Below, one piece after another: positions 1 through 11,323 of a DNA stretch of 64,000 nt (positions are counted from its first letter, which is position 1; every line of letters starts with the position of its first letter). The notes beneath the pieces were generated by a model that was given only the letters and a program-made list of their open reading frames with translations, did not search any database and was not told the origin of the DNA. This DNA is from Corallochytrium limacisporum Hawaii. Lineage: Eukaryota; Protista; Pluriformea. Both the position numbers and the translations under genes were made by a program. The DNA lies in assembly GCA_002811645.1 (NCBI GenBank), contig PDIP01000059.1, positions 1-64,000 of the forward strand. Direction: 5' to 3'.

Positions 1-443
1 CAACACAAAACCCCCCCTCCCCCCCCCCCCCCGGGGGGGGGGGTGTGACGGGAAGCCTGGCCCTGGAAAGGAAAGAAAAATTACGACCAGGCAGTCCAAA
101 ACCCACCCCATCTCCCACCGGACCGCCTCCGTAGAGGCACCCGTGGAGCGGAATCGGTCTAAGTAGGGGACCCGTTAGTTAGAGGCCGGTTAGTTCAGGG
201 TTGGCCGGTCTGGGTTCCCTTCGGCTGCTTTCGCGTTCTTCGTGGCCCTTCGTGGACTCGCAGCTTGCTTGGTGGTGGATAATGAGTGGTACTCAATGGT
301 TGCACAATACCGGAAAGGACAAAAGTATAACTGGTAACATATCAGGGCCGTCAATAGCAGAGCTGCAGCTGTGCACCCGGAGGTCAATATGACGAACTCT
401 GAGCAATGACACACCTGTGTCAGATCGGGTCCCATTGTACAAC

Positions 444-2216
444 ATGTCCGATGGGATAGAGGCCTGGTTGAGGGCTAGTACAAACATTCCAGAAACAGAT
501 GTGACGGACATTGTGGCGAGGCTCAGGGAACAGAAGATAAAGACACTTGATGACGTTCGCAATGCGCATGAGATTGTATTTCGCAGTGTGACGCAGAACC
601 CACAGCATCTCATACATATGCTTAGAGCGTACCGTAGGCTGGTCAAAGAAGCACAAGCCCGTGACGCACCACAACGACCGTTATCATCGCATACTGCCCA
701 TGAGGAAGTTGTCATCGGAATCAAAAGGGGCACTCAGGACAGTGACAGTGACAGTGACTTTGAAGAGGTACGACAGAGCCAGGAAACACGAGGACCAAGT
801 ATCAATGGTCGACATGCAATTCAAATGCACAACAAAGAAAAACCTGCCAGCAATTTCATGGCAGCGACCATTGCTCATGCAAGAATGTACAGATCGAGCG
901 ATGATGAAAACGATGGTCACAGCCAACAGCAGCAGGAAACGCAGGAAACCGAAATGCCCCCAGATGAGAATCCTGTGAATGTGTCCGCTGCCACTTTGTC
1001 TGATCTTGATGACTTTGACGAAACCCAAGTCATTTCGCTGGTAAGCCCATCAAGGAAAGTCAACGGCGAGGCATCAACATCAGGCACACAAAGCCCAGCG
1101 AAAAGATTGCGTACTCTCGAGCTGGACTCCCAGAAAGGCAGAAAGGAAAAGGTCAGTCCTTCGCGGCATACCGCCACAGCTTCACCTCGATCTTCCAGGG
1201 ATTTGTGGAGTTCCGTACTGGCTGAGCACGAGGACTTTGATAATGAGGACACGTGGAAGCCTCCACAGGAAGGAGATTATGGAGTACCATACCATCCACA
1301 ATCGGATGTAGTCTTGCATATCAATCGCAGCCCAGTGATGATCTTATGGACTGCTTGTGTGTGCAGCATGCTTGATTACAAATGGGACGAAGCGCTCAGT
1401 ATTGCTCAGTGTGTAGCGACGCAGATTGCAGAAGCGAAAGCGAAAATGCTTGGAATCGATCGCAAAGTAAGAGGGACAGGGAACAAAGAGCAACAGAGAC
1501 TGAAAGCTGACCAGAAACAATTGCATCATTTTCACATCCAAGGGGGTACACCAACACGTGTGCTCAATCTGATGGGCAGAGAGGTGTTGATCTTCAAGTC
1601 AAAAGGGCGATGGCGCGCGGTTCAACCCGGAACTTTGATGGAGCCAACCAAGCCGGAACAGCCCCATGCGTATCTCATGCAAACCTGGGGAGACCGGCTT
1701 TACGTTTTCTATAAGGCGATGATGGACCTGCTTGAAGTGGTCCCCTTACAGTGGATGAATGAGGACAATACGACCTACCATCTTTACCAGGATTTCAGGC
1801 CCGAGATTCCCAAGGGAGCGACAGGCTGGGGGGCCCGGGGCGAGATCTCAACGAAGAAGATTTTGTCCTTCAAGAAGTATTTTGACCGCGAACGTGCGCA
1901 TGTCAAGAGTGAGAACCGATCCGTCCCCGCAGCGCCCGATGCAGCCACTGCCCACAAGAAAAAGATGGCAGAGAGAGCATCCAGAGAAAACACGATGCTA
2001 GCTGCTCCTAAGTATACCAAGAAGTCTCAGGAAGAGATTAGTCGACTGATCACGGACAACCTCGCTGGCGAGGACAAAGGTCTGGGCTATGGAGAGATCC
2101 TGAGGAAACTCAGCACCACGAACAGTGATGACAAAGCAAAGATCAAGGAAACACTGAATGAACTCCAGATGGACGGAGTCATCTTCATCCACACCGGTCG
2201 GTACAAACTCCTGTAG
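444..2216 (+). CDS. Uncharacterised multidomain protein: SAM-like N-terminus, acidic disordered linker, conserved INRSP...GWG domain, C-terminal RPA32C-like winged helix
   Basis: Long single ORF. The track starts at GTG 417; the first ATG is 444, with A at -3. Motifs HINRSPVMILWTACV, YQDFRPEIPKGATGWGARG and C-terminal GLGYGEILRKL...IKETLNELQMDGVIF. Confidence 0.8.
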   Translation: MSDGIEAWLRASTNIPETDVTDIVARLREQKIKTLDDVRNAHEIVFRSVTQNPQHLIHMLRAYRRLVKEAQARDAPQRPLSSHTAHEEVVIGIKRGTQDSDSDSDFEEVRQSQETRGPSINGRHAIQMHNKEKPASNFMAATIAHARMYRSSDDENDGHSQQQQETQETEMPPDENPVNVSAATLSDLDDFDETQVISLVSPSRKVNGEASTSGTQSPAKRLRTLELDSQKGRKEKVSPSRHTATASPRSSRDLWSSVLAEHEDFDNEDTWKPPQEGDYGVPYHPQSDVVLHINRSPVMILWTACVCSMLDYKWDEALSIAQCVATQIAEAKAKMLGIDRKVRGTGNKEQQRLKADQKQLHHFHIQGGTPTRVLNLMGREVLIFKSKGRWRAVQPGTLMEPTKPEQPHAYLMQTWGDRLYVFYKAMMDLLEVVPLQWMNEDNTTYHLYQDFRPEIPKGATGWGARGEISTKKILSFKKYFDRERAHVKSENRSVPAAPDAATAHKKKMAERASRENTMLAAPKYTKKSQEEISRLITDNLAGEDKGLGYGEILRKLSTTNSDDKAKIKETLNELQMDGVIFIHTGRYKLL

Positions 2217-3504
2217 TCATTCCGACTACGATGGGAGAGCTTCGTGGTGCAGCAAGCAGGTCTGCACTGATGATGTTATGTATAAAATCAACTTTACTAT
2301 GCATAGCCCATAGCCCAATGCGTACAAGATCATATTGATTGTTGACGTACACTTCGTTCCATCGAGTCTCGCAGGTCGTGGTGTCAACGGTTCCCGACCG
2401 CCCGGTAAAATTTCGCTACTGACTGCTTAACCGGTACCCCTTGGCTTCCATCTCCACCTCACCGTTGCTGTGGTGTGTGCCAACAGCCACAGGGGAGTTC
2501 GGGAGCCGTGCCCATAAAATAGACTCCGATCCTAGTCCCTAGTAAATGTATTGATTCCCTGATTTTCCATACCTTCGAGTATTTGGCTCTATGAGCGACG
2601 GCGCAAATAGTCTGCGGTGGTGGGGTGGCGTGACACTAGTGCGCGACCGGGAGGACGCGAGGAGGTGAAATTCCCTATAGTAAATCAATCTAATTTTTTT
2701 TCTAAATACGATGTGTCCAAGCGACGAGTCCCAATTTGGGTACGTCCTGCTGCTCCGGTACTGTCGAATGGGAAGGAAGGAACAGTATGGAGACCGAGAT
2801 GGGGAGGAGGGCGCTCGGAGTCTATTGCTCAGGTAACAATGACCCCGCGGGGAGGGGGGAGGCCGTGAGGGAGAGAGAGAAATGGAAGGAAAGCGAGCGA
2901 ACCGCAAGAAGCCATACAAAATATATGGAACTAGGAATCGGAAGGGCTCCACCGAACCAACCTCCCCTTTCACCTGGTTAGCCGGCGACGTCCGCCGGGC
3001 ATCTTTCCTTTAACACGACGGACCATCTTCGCTGCCGCCTGCCAATGGAAAAATTAGCGGGAGGGAATCGACAAGGCACCATCAGCTGGGCGTGGGTGAT
3101 GATATGTGCAAGAAAGTAAAATATATATACATACATACATATCGGTGGACACTCCGTACTTTCTTTATGAAAATGTATTTTTCTTCACGCAGGGGTGTTG
3201 CTCCACTATCCATATATGCATCTGAAATCGACGTAGAAGTAACAGCGGAAGGGGCAGCTCCCGCCCCGGGAGGGATGGGGAGTAGGGTAGGGTAGGGTAG
3301 GTAGGTAGGTGGAAAGTTGATGAGTGGTAGTAAACCAGTAGCCTCAGTAGCGAAAGGAAGACGAGAGAGGCAAGGGGAGGGGTCAACTCCCCGTAAGCCT
3401 GGTTTTTACTTCCTGGAAAACGAAGGAAAAGGAAGGGCGACGTAAAGGAAAAAATGGCCAACCGTGGACACCCCACGAAGAGGAGCCGAGAAGATGCCTA
3501 CACT

Positions 3505-3546
3505 AGAGAGAGAGAGAGAGAGAGAGAGAGCGTGTGTGTGTGTGTG
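3505..3546. repeat. Compound microsatellite (AG)13 + (GT)n
   Basis: Read directly from the sequence. Confidence 0.95.
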
Positions 3547-5203
3547 AGTCAGCGAGGAGGAGGCAGATGAAAGGAAAAATTGGATGAGCCACACACACAC
3601 ACCCAAGGGGCTCGTTCGATGTAAAGAATAACCGCTGGTAGACAAAAGGAAACAAAGAAAAAGAAAGAGAAAAGAAATGAGGGAGGAGCACACAGGGGAA
3701 CCGTAAAGGTAAAGCAAAACTCGGGGTAGGAACTGATAGTAACAAAACACACCCTTTTCTGTACCTGTGCACGGGCGAGAATCGATAAAGGAATAAAAAT
3801 GTGCTTCTCTCTGCCGAGCTTCCCGCTGTGTCCTCTCTCTCTCTTTTGATCAAGCGCGCGGTAATGGCGGGTACCTTGTCGTGTTCGAATCCGAGCGCAC
3901 TCGGTATATTTTACAGCGCGTAAAGTATCACAGAGTCCGAACGCACACATTGGTCGTCCTCAGCTATCGATTAGCAGTGTTGCCATCTGAACCCGTCAAG
4001 AAACGGTCACATCCTCTCGAGAAACCAAAAACCTCAAACGCGCGTGCCGGGCGTTGCATTCCAGCAACGCTGACCGACCACCAAGAGGCTTTATAGTCGC
4101 AGTCGCAGCGAGCTTGAAGAAAACATGTCTAAAGAAAACGGCTCTCCTTCCCCCCCCCCCCAAATACAAGAAGGAGAGAAAAAACCAGTGGAACGAAGAT
4201 AGACGGGCGGTCACCGTCATCCCCATCACAACCGGACCTTTCTGAATAGCGTTCGAGGAACAAATCTCGTAGTCAACGGGTTCTAAACAGCCAGTGTACA
4301 CACCGGGCGCCCCCTCCCACCTTGTTCGTCTACCTCTCTTCTTCGGTACAAGCGCTGTCCCCCCCCCACCCGGGGAAGGGGTAGCGGTTTCAGCCAATTC
4401 CTTGAAAACTGGTAGCGAGAGGCCTGAACGAAATCTATTGAAACAAGCGCAGCCCCGATTTGCGAAAAGTAGCAGCGCAACGGAATACAACCCCCGATGG
4501 ATTGTCGTTCCTTCGCCGGCCCCGCGGGCCTCCCTTCCTGTGCCACCCTCCCTCTCTCTCTCTCTCTCTATCTCTCGCCTCTTACCCTTCGAACGGGCGA
4601 CTCGTTGGTCTTTTCCCGCCCGGTCATTCCCAGGCGCATTCCCTACCAAAGTCGCCCTCCGCCCCTCCGTACTTTTTTTTTTCGATGGCGAAAAGAGGGA
4701 GGGGCGGTCTCAAGTTCGTTTTTTTTTTTTGGGTCTGGCCTCATTATCTCTGGCTGGCTGGCGCCTCCACGCTCTCCCTATGCTGGATTGGGCAGTTCAT
4801 TTTCTATGAGAGCGAGCGCTGGGGACTCCGTGTCCATATTCGACAACGTTGGTGGGACCTTATCAACCGGGAAACGGGTCCGCCCATCTGTTCCCTTTGT
4901 TGTGATATGGACCGACTGGAGTTTGTGTGCAGTTACGTACGCACTCAATAGGACAGAAACCAAAGGACAATGTCCTCATGACTATTGGTAGAATTGGAAT
5001 GGACATTGGTGCTATTTCAAAGGTAAGGTCGATCCCAGAATGGACTATGTAGGATCGTTCCTTATATCCATGAGCGGGACCCACCTTAGAATTATACACT
5101 AGAGAATGTTACAGTAAGACAATGTGTCATAGCAGGGAATTGTAGCAACAATCTTAGTTGAGCACTCCTCGGTGGTACGTTACGGTTGCAAAGGTCATAC
5201 AGT

Positions 5204-8200
5204 ATGTCTGACGAATCTCTTGCACAGAAGCCCAGTATGGGCGACAGGGTGAAGAATATCTTCTCGAGGCAGGTAGACCTCAGCAACTATAAGGTGTCTT
5301 TTAACGTTGAGGAAGAAGTGCACGGATTTATGCACAGTTTGCCCCCTAATGAAATTACGACGGCCAAGTACAACTTGTTCACTTTCCTTCCAAAGAATCT
5401 CTTTGAACAGTACCAGCGGGCGGCAAATATTTTCTTCACAATCCTCTTCATCATGATGTTTTTCTCAGTCATCAGTCCCTTTAGCCCGATTTCCATGGGT
5501 GTACCTTTGATCACTGTGCTGTTACTGACAGCCATAAAAGATGCCTATGATGACGTGCGTCGCCACAGGCAAGATAAAGAGGTAAATTACCGCCAGTCCC
5601 TGAAACTGGTGGACGGCCAATGGGAGCCTATTGACTGGAGAGACATCCGCGTCGGAGATATGTTGAAGATTGAGAACGACAAGCCAGTGCCTGCTGACGT
5701 GATTATTCTCAACACGAGCGTCGAAGATTCGGTGTGTTACATTGACACTGCTGAATTGGACGGTGAGACCAATCTCAAGACTCGTGAGGCTGCTCCCATC
5801 AAGCCGAAGCCCGTGGAAGTTGAGGATTTCAAGGGCATACGTATGGTGGTCACCTGCGAACCTCCTAATCATCACTTGTACACATTCAATGGTGTTTGTC
5901 AGTACAACGGTGAAGATGTGGTCACTTCCATTGACAACATACTTCTGCGTGGTTGTGTGCTTCGCAACACTGAGTGGGTGTACGGTTTGGTTGTGTACGC
6001 TGGCCCAGAGACGAAATTAATGCATAACAACGCCGGCGCGCGATTCAAGCGCACGCAGCTGGATAAGGAGATCAATCGCATCGTGGCGATGATCTTCATT
6101 TGGATCATTCTGATTTCGTTGGGGTCTGCTATTGGTGCGTACGTTTGGGCAGATACCACGAACCAAGACCTTATTGACTTTATTCCCTTCGATGAGGATC
6201 TCGATAGCGCCACCTTGACCGGTATCGGTGCATTCTTTACCTTCTTCATTCTGTACAATACCTTTATTCCTATCTCACTTTATGTGACTGTGGAATTTAT
6301 AAGAGGCGGTTTGTCAATTCTCATCAACGTGGATGAAGACATGCGTGATCCGGAGACTGGTAGGACAGCCAATGCCCGCACTACGACTCTGAACGAGGAA
6401 CTTGGTCAGATTGAATTTATTTTCAGTGACAAAACCGGCACTCTTACGCAGAATTCTATGGAGTTCAAGAAGGCGTCCGTCGGTGGACGGACCTGGGGTG
6501 TCACATCGCAGGAAGTTGTGGAAAGGGAGAAGAAAGAAAAGGGACTCAAAGATATCGACACTGCGGATGATCTGGCAGACTTCCCGGTACCTGTCGGCAA
6601 GGAGGACATGGTTCACATGGAGGCAGGAAGCAATACCAGTGTGTCGATGAGTCAGCGGAATGGACTCGGCAATGCCGTGGCTCCATCAAATAGCAGAGAA
6701 AACCTCCTGACCGAAGAACGCAGAAAGTCGATCCTGCAAGAGAAGCGGATTAACATGAAGGACTACAATCCCCAGGCCACCGAGGACTTTGAGTGCTATG
6801 ATGAAGAATTCGTAAGGGAGTCACTAGATGAGGACGGTGATCCTGGACTGGCGAACTTCTGGACCGCTCTTGCTCTGTGTCACACTGTGCTGGCACAGGA
6901 AAAAGAGAACGGCGAGTTGCAGTACCAGGCCAGCTCGCCAGACGAGGCCGCCTTGGTGGATGCTGCACGAAACTTTGGATACAAGTTCATCAATCGTAAT
7001 CAGGAGATAATGAAGCTAGACGTCAAGGGCAAGATTGTCGAGTACATTCCGCTTAATCTGATCGAGTTCAACTCGGACCGTAAGCGTATGAGTGTCATTG
7101 TCAGAAACCCAGAGGGTCAGGTGGAACTCATCACAAAGGGCGCGGACAGTGTCGTCCTTGCGCGTATGAGTGAGAAGGCACGGGCGATGAACTACGACAC
7201 AGCATTGGAACATCTTCAGATTTTTGCAGCTGATGGTTTGCGTACCCTTGCAGTGGGTCGAAGGATCGTTCCAGAAGCCGAGTACAAGAAATTTGCGGAG
7301 GAGTTTAAGGAGGCGTCCATGGTTATGGGGGATCGTGCGGCAGCGCAGGAGGAAATTGCTGATAAGTTCGAACGTAACCTTGAATACGTCGGATGCACCG
7401 CCATCGAGGACAAACTTCAGGATGGCGTGCCTGAAACCATTGCTTTGCTTGCTAAAGCTGGAATCAAGCTTTGGGTGCTTACTGGTGACAAGTTAGAGAC
7501 TGCCATCAACATTGGATACTCCTGTAACTTGCTTCGCGGTGGTATGGAGCTCTTTGTCTACTCTGAAAAGACTGATGAGCAGATGAAGGAGGAGCTCAAA
7601 AAGACGGACCAAGAAATTTCTGGCCGTGTGTTCCCGCTGCCAGATGGGACAAACTCCCAGGCTCTCATCATCGATGGTCACAGTCTCCTTCATGCCCTTC
7701 AACCGGAAAACAAGGAACTGTTCCTGAAGGTCAGCAAGCAAATGGACTCTGTTATATGCTGCCGTGTGAGTCCGTTGCAAAAGGCTGATGTGGTCCAGCT
7801 GGTGAAACCGACCATTGAGGGCAGTACTCTTGCTATTGGCGACGGAGCCAATGACGTAAGCATGATCCGTGCCGCACACATTGGAGTCGGCATCGCAGGT
7901 AAGGAGGGCCGTCAAGCTGTGCTTGCCAGTGACTATTCATTTGGTCAGTTCCGATTCCTGCAGCGTCTACTACTAGTCCACGGTCGCTGGTCATACATTC
8001 GCATGTGTAAATTCTTGCGATACTTCTTCTTCAAAAACTTCGCCTTCACCATGCCCATGTTCTACTTTGCGTTCTGGAATGGGTTCTCCGGCCAGAGCTT
8101 CTGGGATGAGTGGGTTGTTACGCTCTTCAACACTACGTTCACTTCACTCCCGATTATTATGGTCGGCGTCTTTGATCAGGACTGCGATGCTGAGACCAGT

Positions 8201-9037
8201 TTGGCATATCCTCATCTGTACGAGGCCGGTCTCCGCAAGGAATTCTTTGATCGGACAAAATTCTTCAGGTCCATCGTCAGATCTATCTATCTGAGTCTGG
8301 TGGTCTACTTTATTCCATACTTCCTCGTTCAGGAGCAGACCACTCTGGACAACGGCTTCCCCTACGACTACGAATTCTGGGCAACCATGACAAGTGGTCT
8401 GTTGGTTATGGCCGTCAATGTGGACCTGATGTACGAGACTCAGTACTGGAACTTCTATGTCTACCTTGGTTACTTCTTGTCTATGGGATCATGGTGGGTT
8501 TTGCTCATGCTCGTCCACGCCATCCCACCACCCTATGTGGAAGGATTCTATTGGATGCCCATGATTGTCAACGGTACGGGCATCTTCTGGTTGATCCTGT
8601 TTGTTGGTATTCCGTTGTCCACGGGACCGACCTTCCTTATGCAGTACTACAAGCAGGTGGTAGACCCTGGTCCGAACCAGATCGCTCGTGAAATTATGTT
8701 GTACGGCGGTGGTGTCAAGAAGAAAGGCATTGGGCGCCAGATTAAGAAGAAGCTGGACGACCTACGTGTCAAGATCAACGGTGAGTACACCGAACGTACT
8801 GGCTATGCTTTCGCTGCTTCTGAGGGTGAGACAAACGTGCTACGCCGTGCAAACCGCAATAACAAGCGCTTCCAGTTCTTCCGTAAGAGCAAGGGCAACA
8901 ACAATATGGGCAGTGTGTCTTCAACCGGTACCCCGATGGGTGACGGAAATTCCACCTCGGATCTGCCAAACGCGAGTACCCATCCCAACGGCGTGAGGAC
9001 ACAAGGCGCCGCATCCAGCGATGACTCACCACAGTAG
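5204..9037 (+). CDS. P4-type ATPase phospholipid flippase, ATP8B-like
   Basis: DGETNLK, IPISLYV, FSDKTGTLTQN, GDGAND, HGRWSYIRMCKFLRYFF and the C-terminal GYAF regulatory motif. First ATG is 5204. Confidence 0.95.
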   Translation: MSDESLAQKPSMGDRVKNIFSRQVDLSNYKVSFNVEEEVHGFMHSLPPNEITTAKYNLFTFLPKNLFEQYQRAANIFFTILFIMMFFSVISPFSPISMGVPLITVLLLTAIKDAYDDVRRHRQDKEVNYRQSLKLVDGQWEPIDWRDIRVGDMLKIENDKPVPADVIILNTSVEDSVCYIDTAELDGETNLKTREAAPIKPKPVEVEDFKGIRMVVTCEPPNHHLYTFNGVCQYNGEDVVTSIDNILLRGCVLRNTEWVYGLVVYAGPETKLMHNNAGARFKRTQLDKEINRIVAMIFIWIILISLGSAIGAYVWADTTNQDLIDFIPFDEDLDSATLTGIGAFFTFFILYNTFIPISLYVTVEFIRGGLSILINVDEDMRDPETGRTANARTTTLNEELGQIEFIFSDKTGTLTQNSMEFKKASVGGRTWGVTSQEVVEREKKEKGLKDIDTADDLADFPVPVGKEDMVHMEAGSNTSVSMSQRNGLGNAVAPSNSRENLLTEERRKSILQEKRINMKDYNPQATEDFECYDEEFVRESLDEDGDPGLANFWTALALCHTVLAQEKENGELQYQASSPDEAALVDAARNFGYKFINRNQEIMKLDVKGKIVEYIPLNLIEFNSDRKRMSVIVRNPEGQVELITKGADSVVLARMSEKARAMNYDTALEHLQIFAADGLRTLAVGRRIVPEAEYKKFAEEFKEASMVMGDRAAAQEEIADKFERNLEYVGCTAIEDKLQDGVPETIALLAKAGIKLWVLTGDKLETAINIGYSCNLLRGGMELFVYSEKTDEQMKEELKKTDQEISGRVFPLPDGTNSQALIIDGHSLLHALQPENKELFLKVSKQMDSVICCRVSPLQKADVVQLVKPTIEGSTLAIGDGANDVSMIRAAHIGVGIAGKEGRQAVLASDYSFGQFRFLQRLLLVHGRWSYIRMCKFLRYFFFKNFAFTMPMFYFAFWNGFSGQSFWDEWVVTLFNTTFTSLPIIMVGVFDQDCDAETSLAYPHLYEAGLRKEFFDRTKFFRSIVRSIYLSLVVYFIPYFLVQEQTTLDNGFPYDYEFWATMTSGLLVMAVNVDLMYETQYWNFYVYLGYFLSMGSWWVLLMLVHAIPPPYVEGFYWMPMIVNGTGIFWLILFVGIPLSTGPTFLMQYYKQVVDPGPNQIAREIMLYGGGVKKKGIGRQIKKKLDDLRVKINGEYTERTGYAFAASEGETNVLRRANRNNKRFQFFRKSKGNNNMGSVSSTGTPMGDGNSTSDLPNASTHPNGVRTQGAASSDDSPQ

Positions 9038-9695
9038 ATGTGTGCAGAATACGTATCAAAAACAGAAACCGTAGGGAGGAGCATCGTCATTCTCTTATGA
9101 ATCATTTACATTAAACATGTTTAGGTAATCGTATAGCTACACCCCGGCACTTGCAGTGCTGTGCGCGGAAAGGATTGGGAGTCCCTTTTCCAAATCTCGG
9201 CGCGCCCGCCCTTTTAAGACAGGAAGGGAGAAACCCCCACTTCCACACCCAGGGGCCCCTCGGCTTGGGGCCGGCTTGGGCCCCCCCCCGGGAGGCGGTG
9301 GACAAGGGCCCAAGGAGGCCAGTAGATGGTTGAACCCGGTTTCCTACTGCTCTGTAGTGCAATGAACCTTGATCACTTACAGTCCTTAGGCTCTCTCTAC
9401 GACCGCCGAATTACGCCATGTTGAATGGTTGATAAAGAGAAATGGTTATTGAATGAGATCCAGGGTTCAGGAGTCGATAAGGGTTGCGTGTTAAGAAACA
9501 CAAAAATAAGCACAGTCTGATACAGCTTAGGGACTCATAGCGGAGTTGCATCCATCCCCTTAGAACAAAGCCTGGAAACAATGTAGCCTCGTCAACATGT
9601 AGGGAGAACTTAGTCGTTAAGATTGAAAAGAATAGAGCATGGGATGCTATGGTAAAATGCTCTGGTTCGCTCCGTCGTGAACAAAAGAAGAAGAA

Positions 9696-11021
9696 ATGGC
9701 AAGAAGTGGGAAGCGGCGCCGGAGCGACCATGACCCTCCCGTCAAGAGCCCGGAAGATGAGAAGCTGGATTCCACATTACCTGAAGCATTTAACGATGTG
9801 GAAATGTTCAACTTGATTGAGGAAAGCAAGCCGGAGGAAACGCAGGACACTGCAACACAACAGCAGTCAGCAAGGGATGCAGAGTCACCACACTCCGGCA
9901 ATGGCGTAAAGACAGACGGTACCGATACTGCAGGCAGTACAGGACATCATTGGGGGTACATGAAATCGCTGTTAAAGATCGTCCTTCGACAAGGTCCACA
10001 CATGAACCTCCTGTTACAACCGATCGATCTGGAAAAGTATCCTGACTACTACGACCTACACCGAGATTCCGACCTACCCTCGGATTTGAGTGACATTGTG
10101 ACCAGGGTCAACACGGGCGAATACGGTGAAGATTTTCACAGATTCGAGACAGACATTACACGACTGTTGCTCTCACGGATACACTTCTTCTCACGGCAGG
10201 ATCCGGAAAGTATAGAGCACAATGAAGCCGCAAAATTAGTGCTGGGTGTATTTCAACGATTGGTTGGCAGCATCAAACGGAAAGCCAGATTTGTAGGGTT
10301 TGTGGAGATGAATGGCACGAACGGCGGGCACCATGACGTGAGCATGACGGACGAAAACACGAGGGACGATGTCTCACTACAGGACACCGTTGACGTAGAA
10401 TTGGAGGCGGACGGGAACGATGAGACTGACTTTGTCAATCTGTTCTCACTACCCAGGACGGCATCTAAGCACCTACCGCATCTGCACCAACAGGGAGAGC
10501 CTTGTGATGGTGGCCTGACCTATGCCGCGGCACAGAGGGCCCTGCTGCGCGGGATCTGTTTGCTGTTCCGCGAGAAGGGTGTCGAAAGCGTGTCGAGCAC
10601 TGCTCTGGATCGCTTGACGGAAATGGTCGAGAAGCGTACGGAGAGTATTGGACGGCTGTGGGCCAAACTGCGAGAGGAGCATCAGCGGAAGCGGCACAAG
10701 GCCCTCAGTGATGGTGATGCTATCAACCATATGATGGACGGCGGCGCGATACCTGAGTGGTTGGAGCTACAAACTGTAGGCATGTGGGATGACGAGGAGC
10801 TCGAGATCGCGGAAGCGGAGCATCAGGAAGAGGCTGTGGAGGAACCTAAGGAGGCCGAATCAAGTGCTGATCTTCAGGGTGACTTCGTGGACCTCACAGG
10901 AGACCCCGTGGCCACGAATGATCCCACAGTCGAAGACGTCGGCGAAATTGTGGACATCAGCGGTTTGGACCCGCCGGAAATCCACGAATCTCCCGAAGAG
11001 ATCATAAATGTGACCGGATAG
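9696..11021 (+). CDS. Spt7/SUPT7-like protein: divergent bromodomain plus bromodomain-associated histone fold
   Basis: LLQPIDLEKYPDYY...DLSDIVTRV...Y...FETDITRL is bromodomain-like. AQRALLRGICLLFREKGVESVSSTALDRLTEMV resembles the Bromo_TP histone fold. Confidence 0.65.
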   Translation: MARSGKRRRSDHDPPVKSPEDEKLDSTLPEAFNDVEMFNLIEESKPEETQDTATQQQSARDAESPHSGNGVKTDGTDTAGSTGHHWGYMKSLLKIVLRQGPHMNLLLQPIDLEKYPDYYDLHRDSDLPSDLSDIVTRVNTGEYGEDFHRFETDITRLLLSRIHFFSRQDPESIEHNEAAKLVLGVFQRLVGSIKRKARFVGFVEMNGTNGGHHDVSMTDENTRDDVSLQDTVDVELEADGNDETDFVNLFSLPRTASKHLPHLHQQGEPCDGGLTYAAAQRALLRGICLLFREKGVESVSSTALDRLTEMVEKRTESIGRLWAKLREEHQRKRHKALSDGDAINHMMDGGAIPEWLELQTVGMWDDEELEIAEAEHQEEAVEEPKEAESSADLQGDFVDLTGDPVATNDPTVEDVGEIVDISGLDPPEIHESPEEIINVTG

Positions 11022-11323
11022 CAGTTTGGTTGCTTGGCCCTTTATTGCCCGTTTGGATATACTCCCTCTGCTTCATGCACAATTCAACCGACAAAACAAA
11101 AACTTAAGAGACGGAATATTCTTTGCCTTCAAACCATGTGCGAGTTTTCTGCATCAATTGTTTGGTTATTATAATTACATGTAGTGCAAAATGAGGACGT
11201 CAAAATGATTTGCCTCGGAGCTGGGAAAGAGCAATGACATCCCATAAACTTGAATGTTCGCGTGATGTACGGCTTTGACCCCGAGAGCCGTGAGTGTTTT
11301 GTATTCCATGCCAGGTTCAAAAT

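Noticed and set aside
2531-2543. cctagtccctagt as a telomerase template
   Set aside because: It would specify an atypical repeat, and there is no supporting pseudoknot or other evidence.
2539-5099. Many 60-217 aa ORFs in the spacer (likewise 11824-16939, 31874-39018 and 47387-50768)
   Set aside because: They translate microsatellites and homopolymers (ERER, HTHT, CVCV, poly-F/P/G), mostly start at non-ATG codons, and show no recognisable domains.
11129-11323. Frame stays open 64 codons past the VAMP TGA (possible read-through)
   Set aside because: The context TGA-ATT is not a leaky motif, no SECIS was seen, and the VAMP is complete at its TM end.
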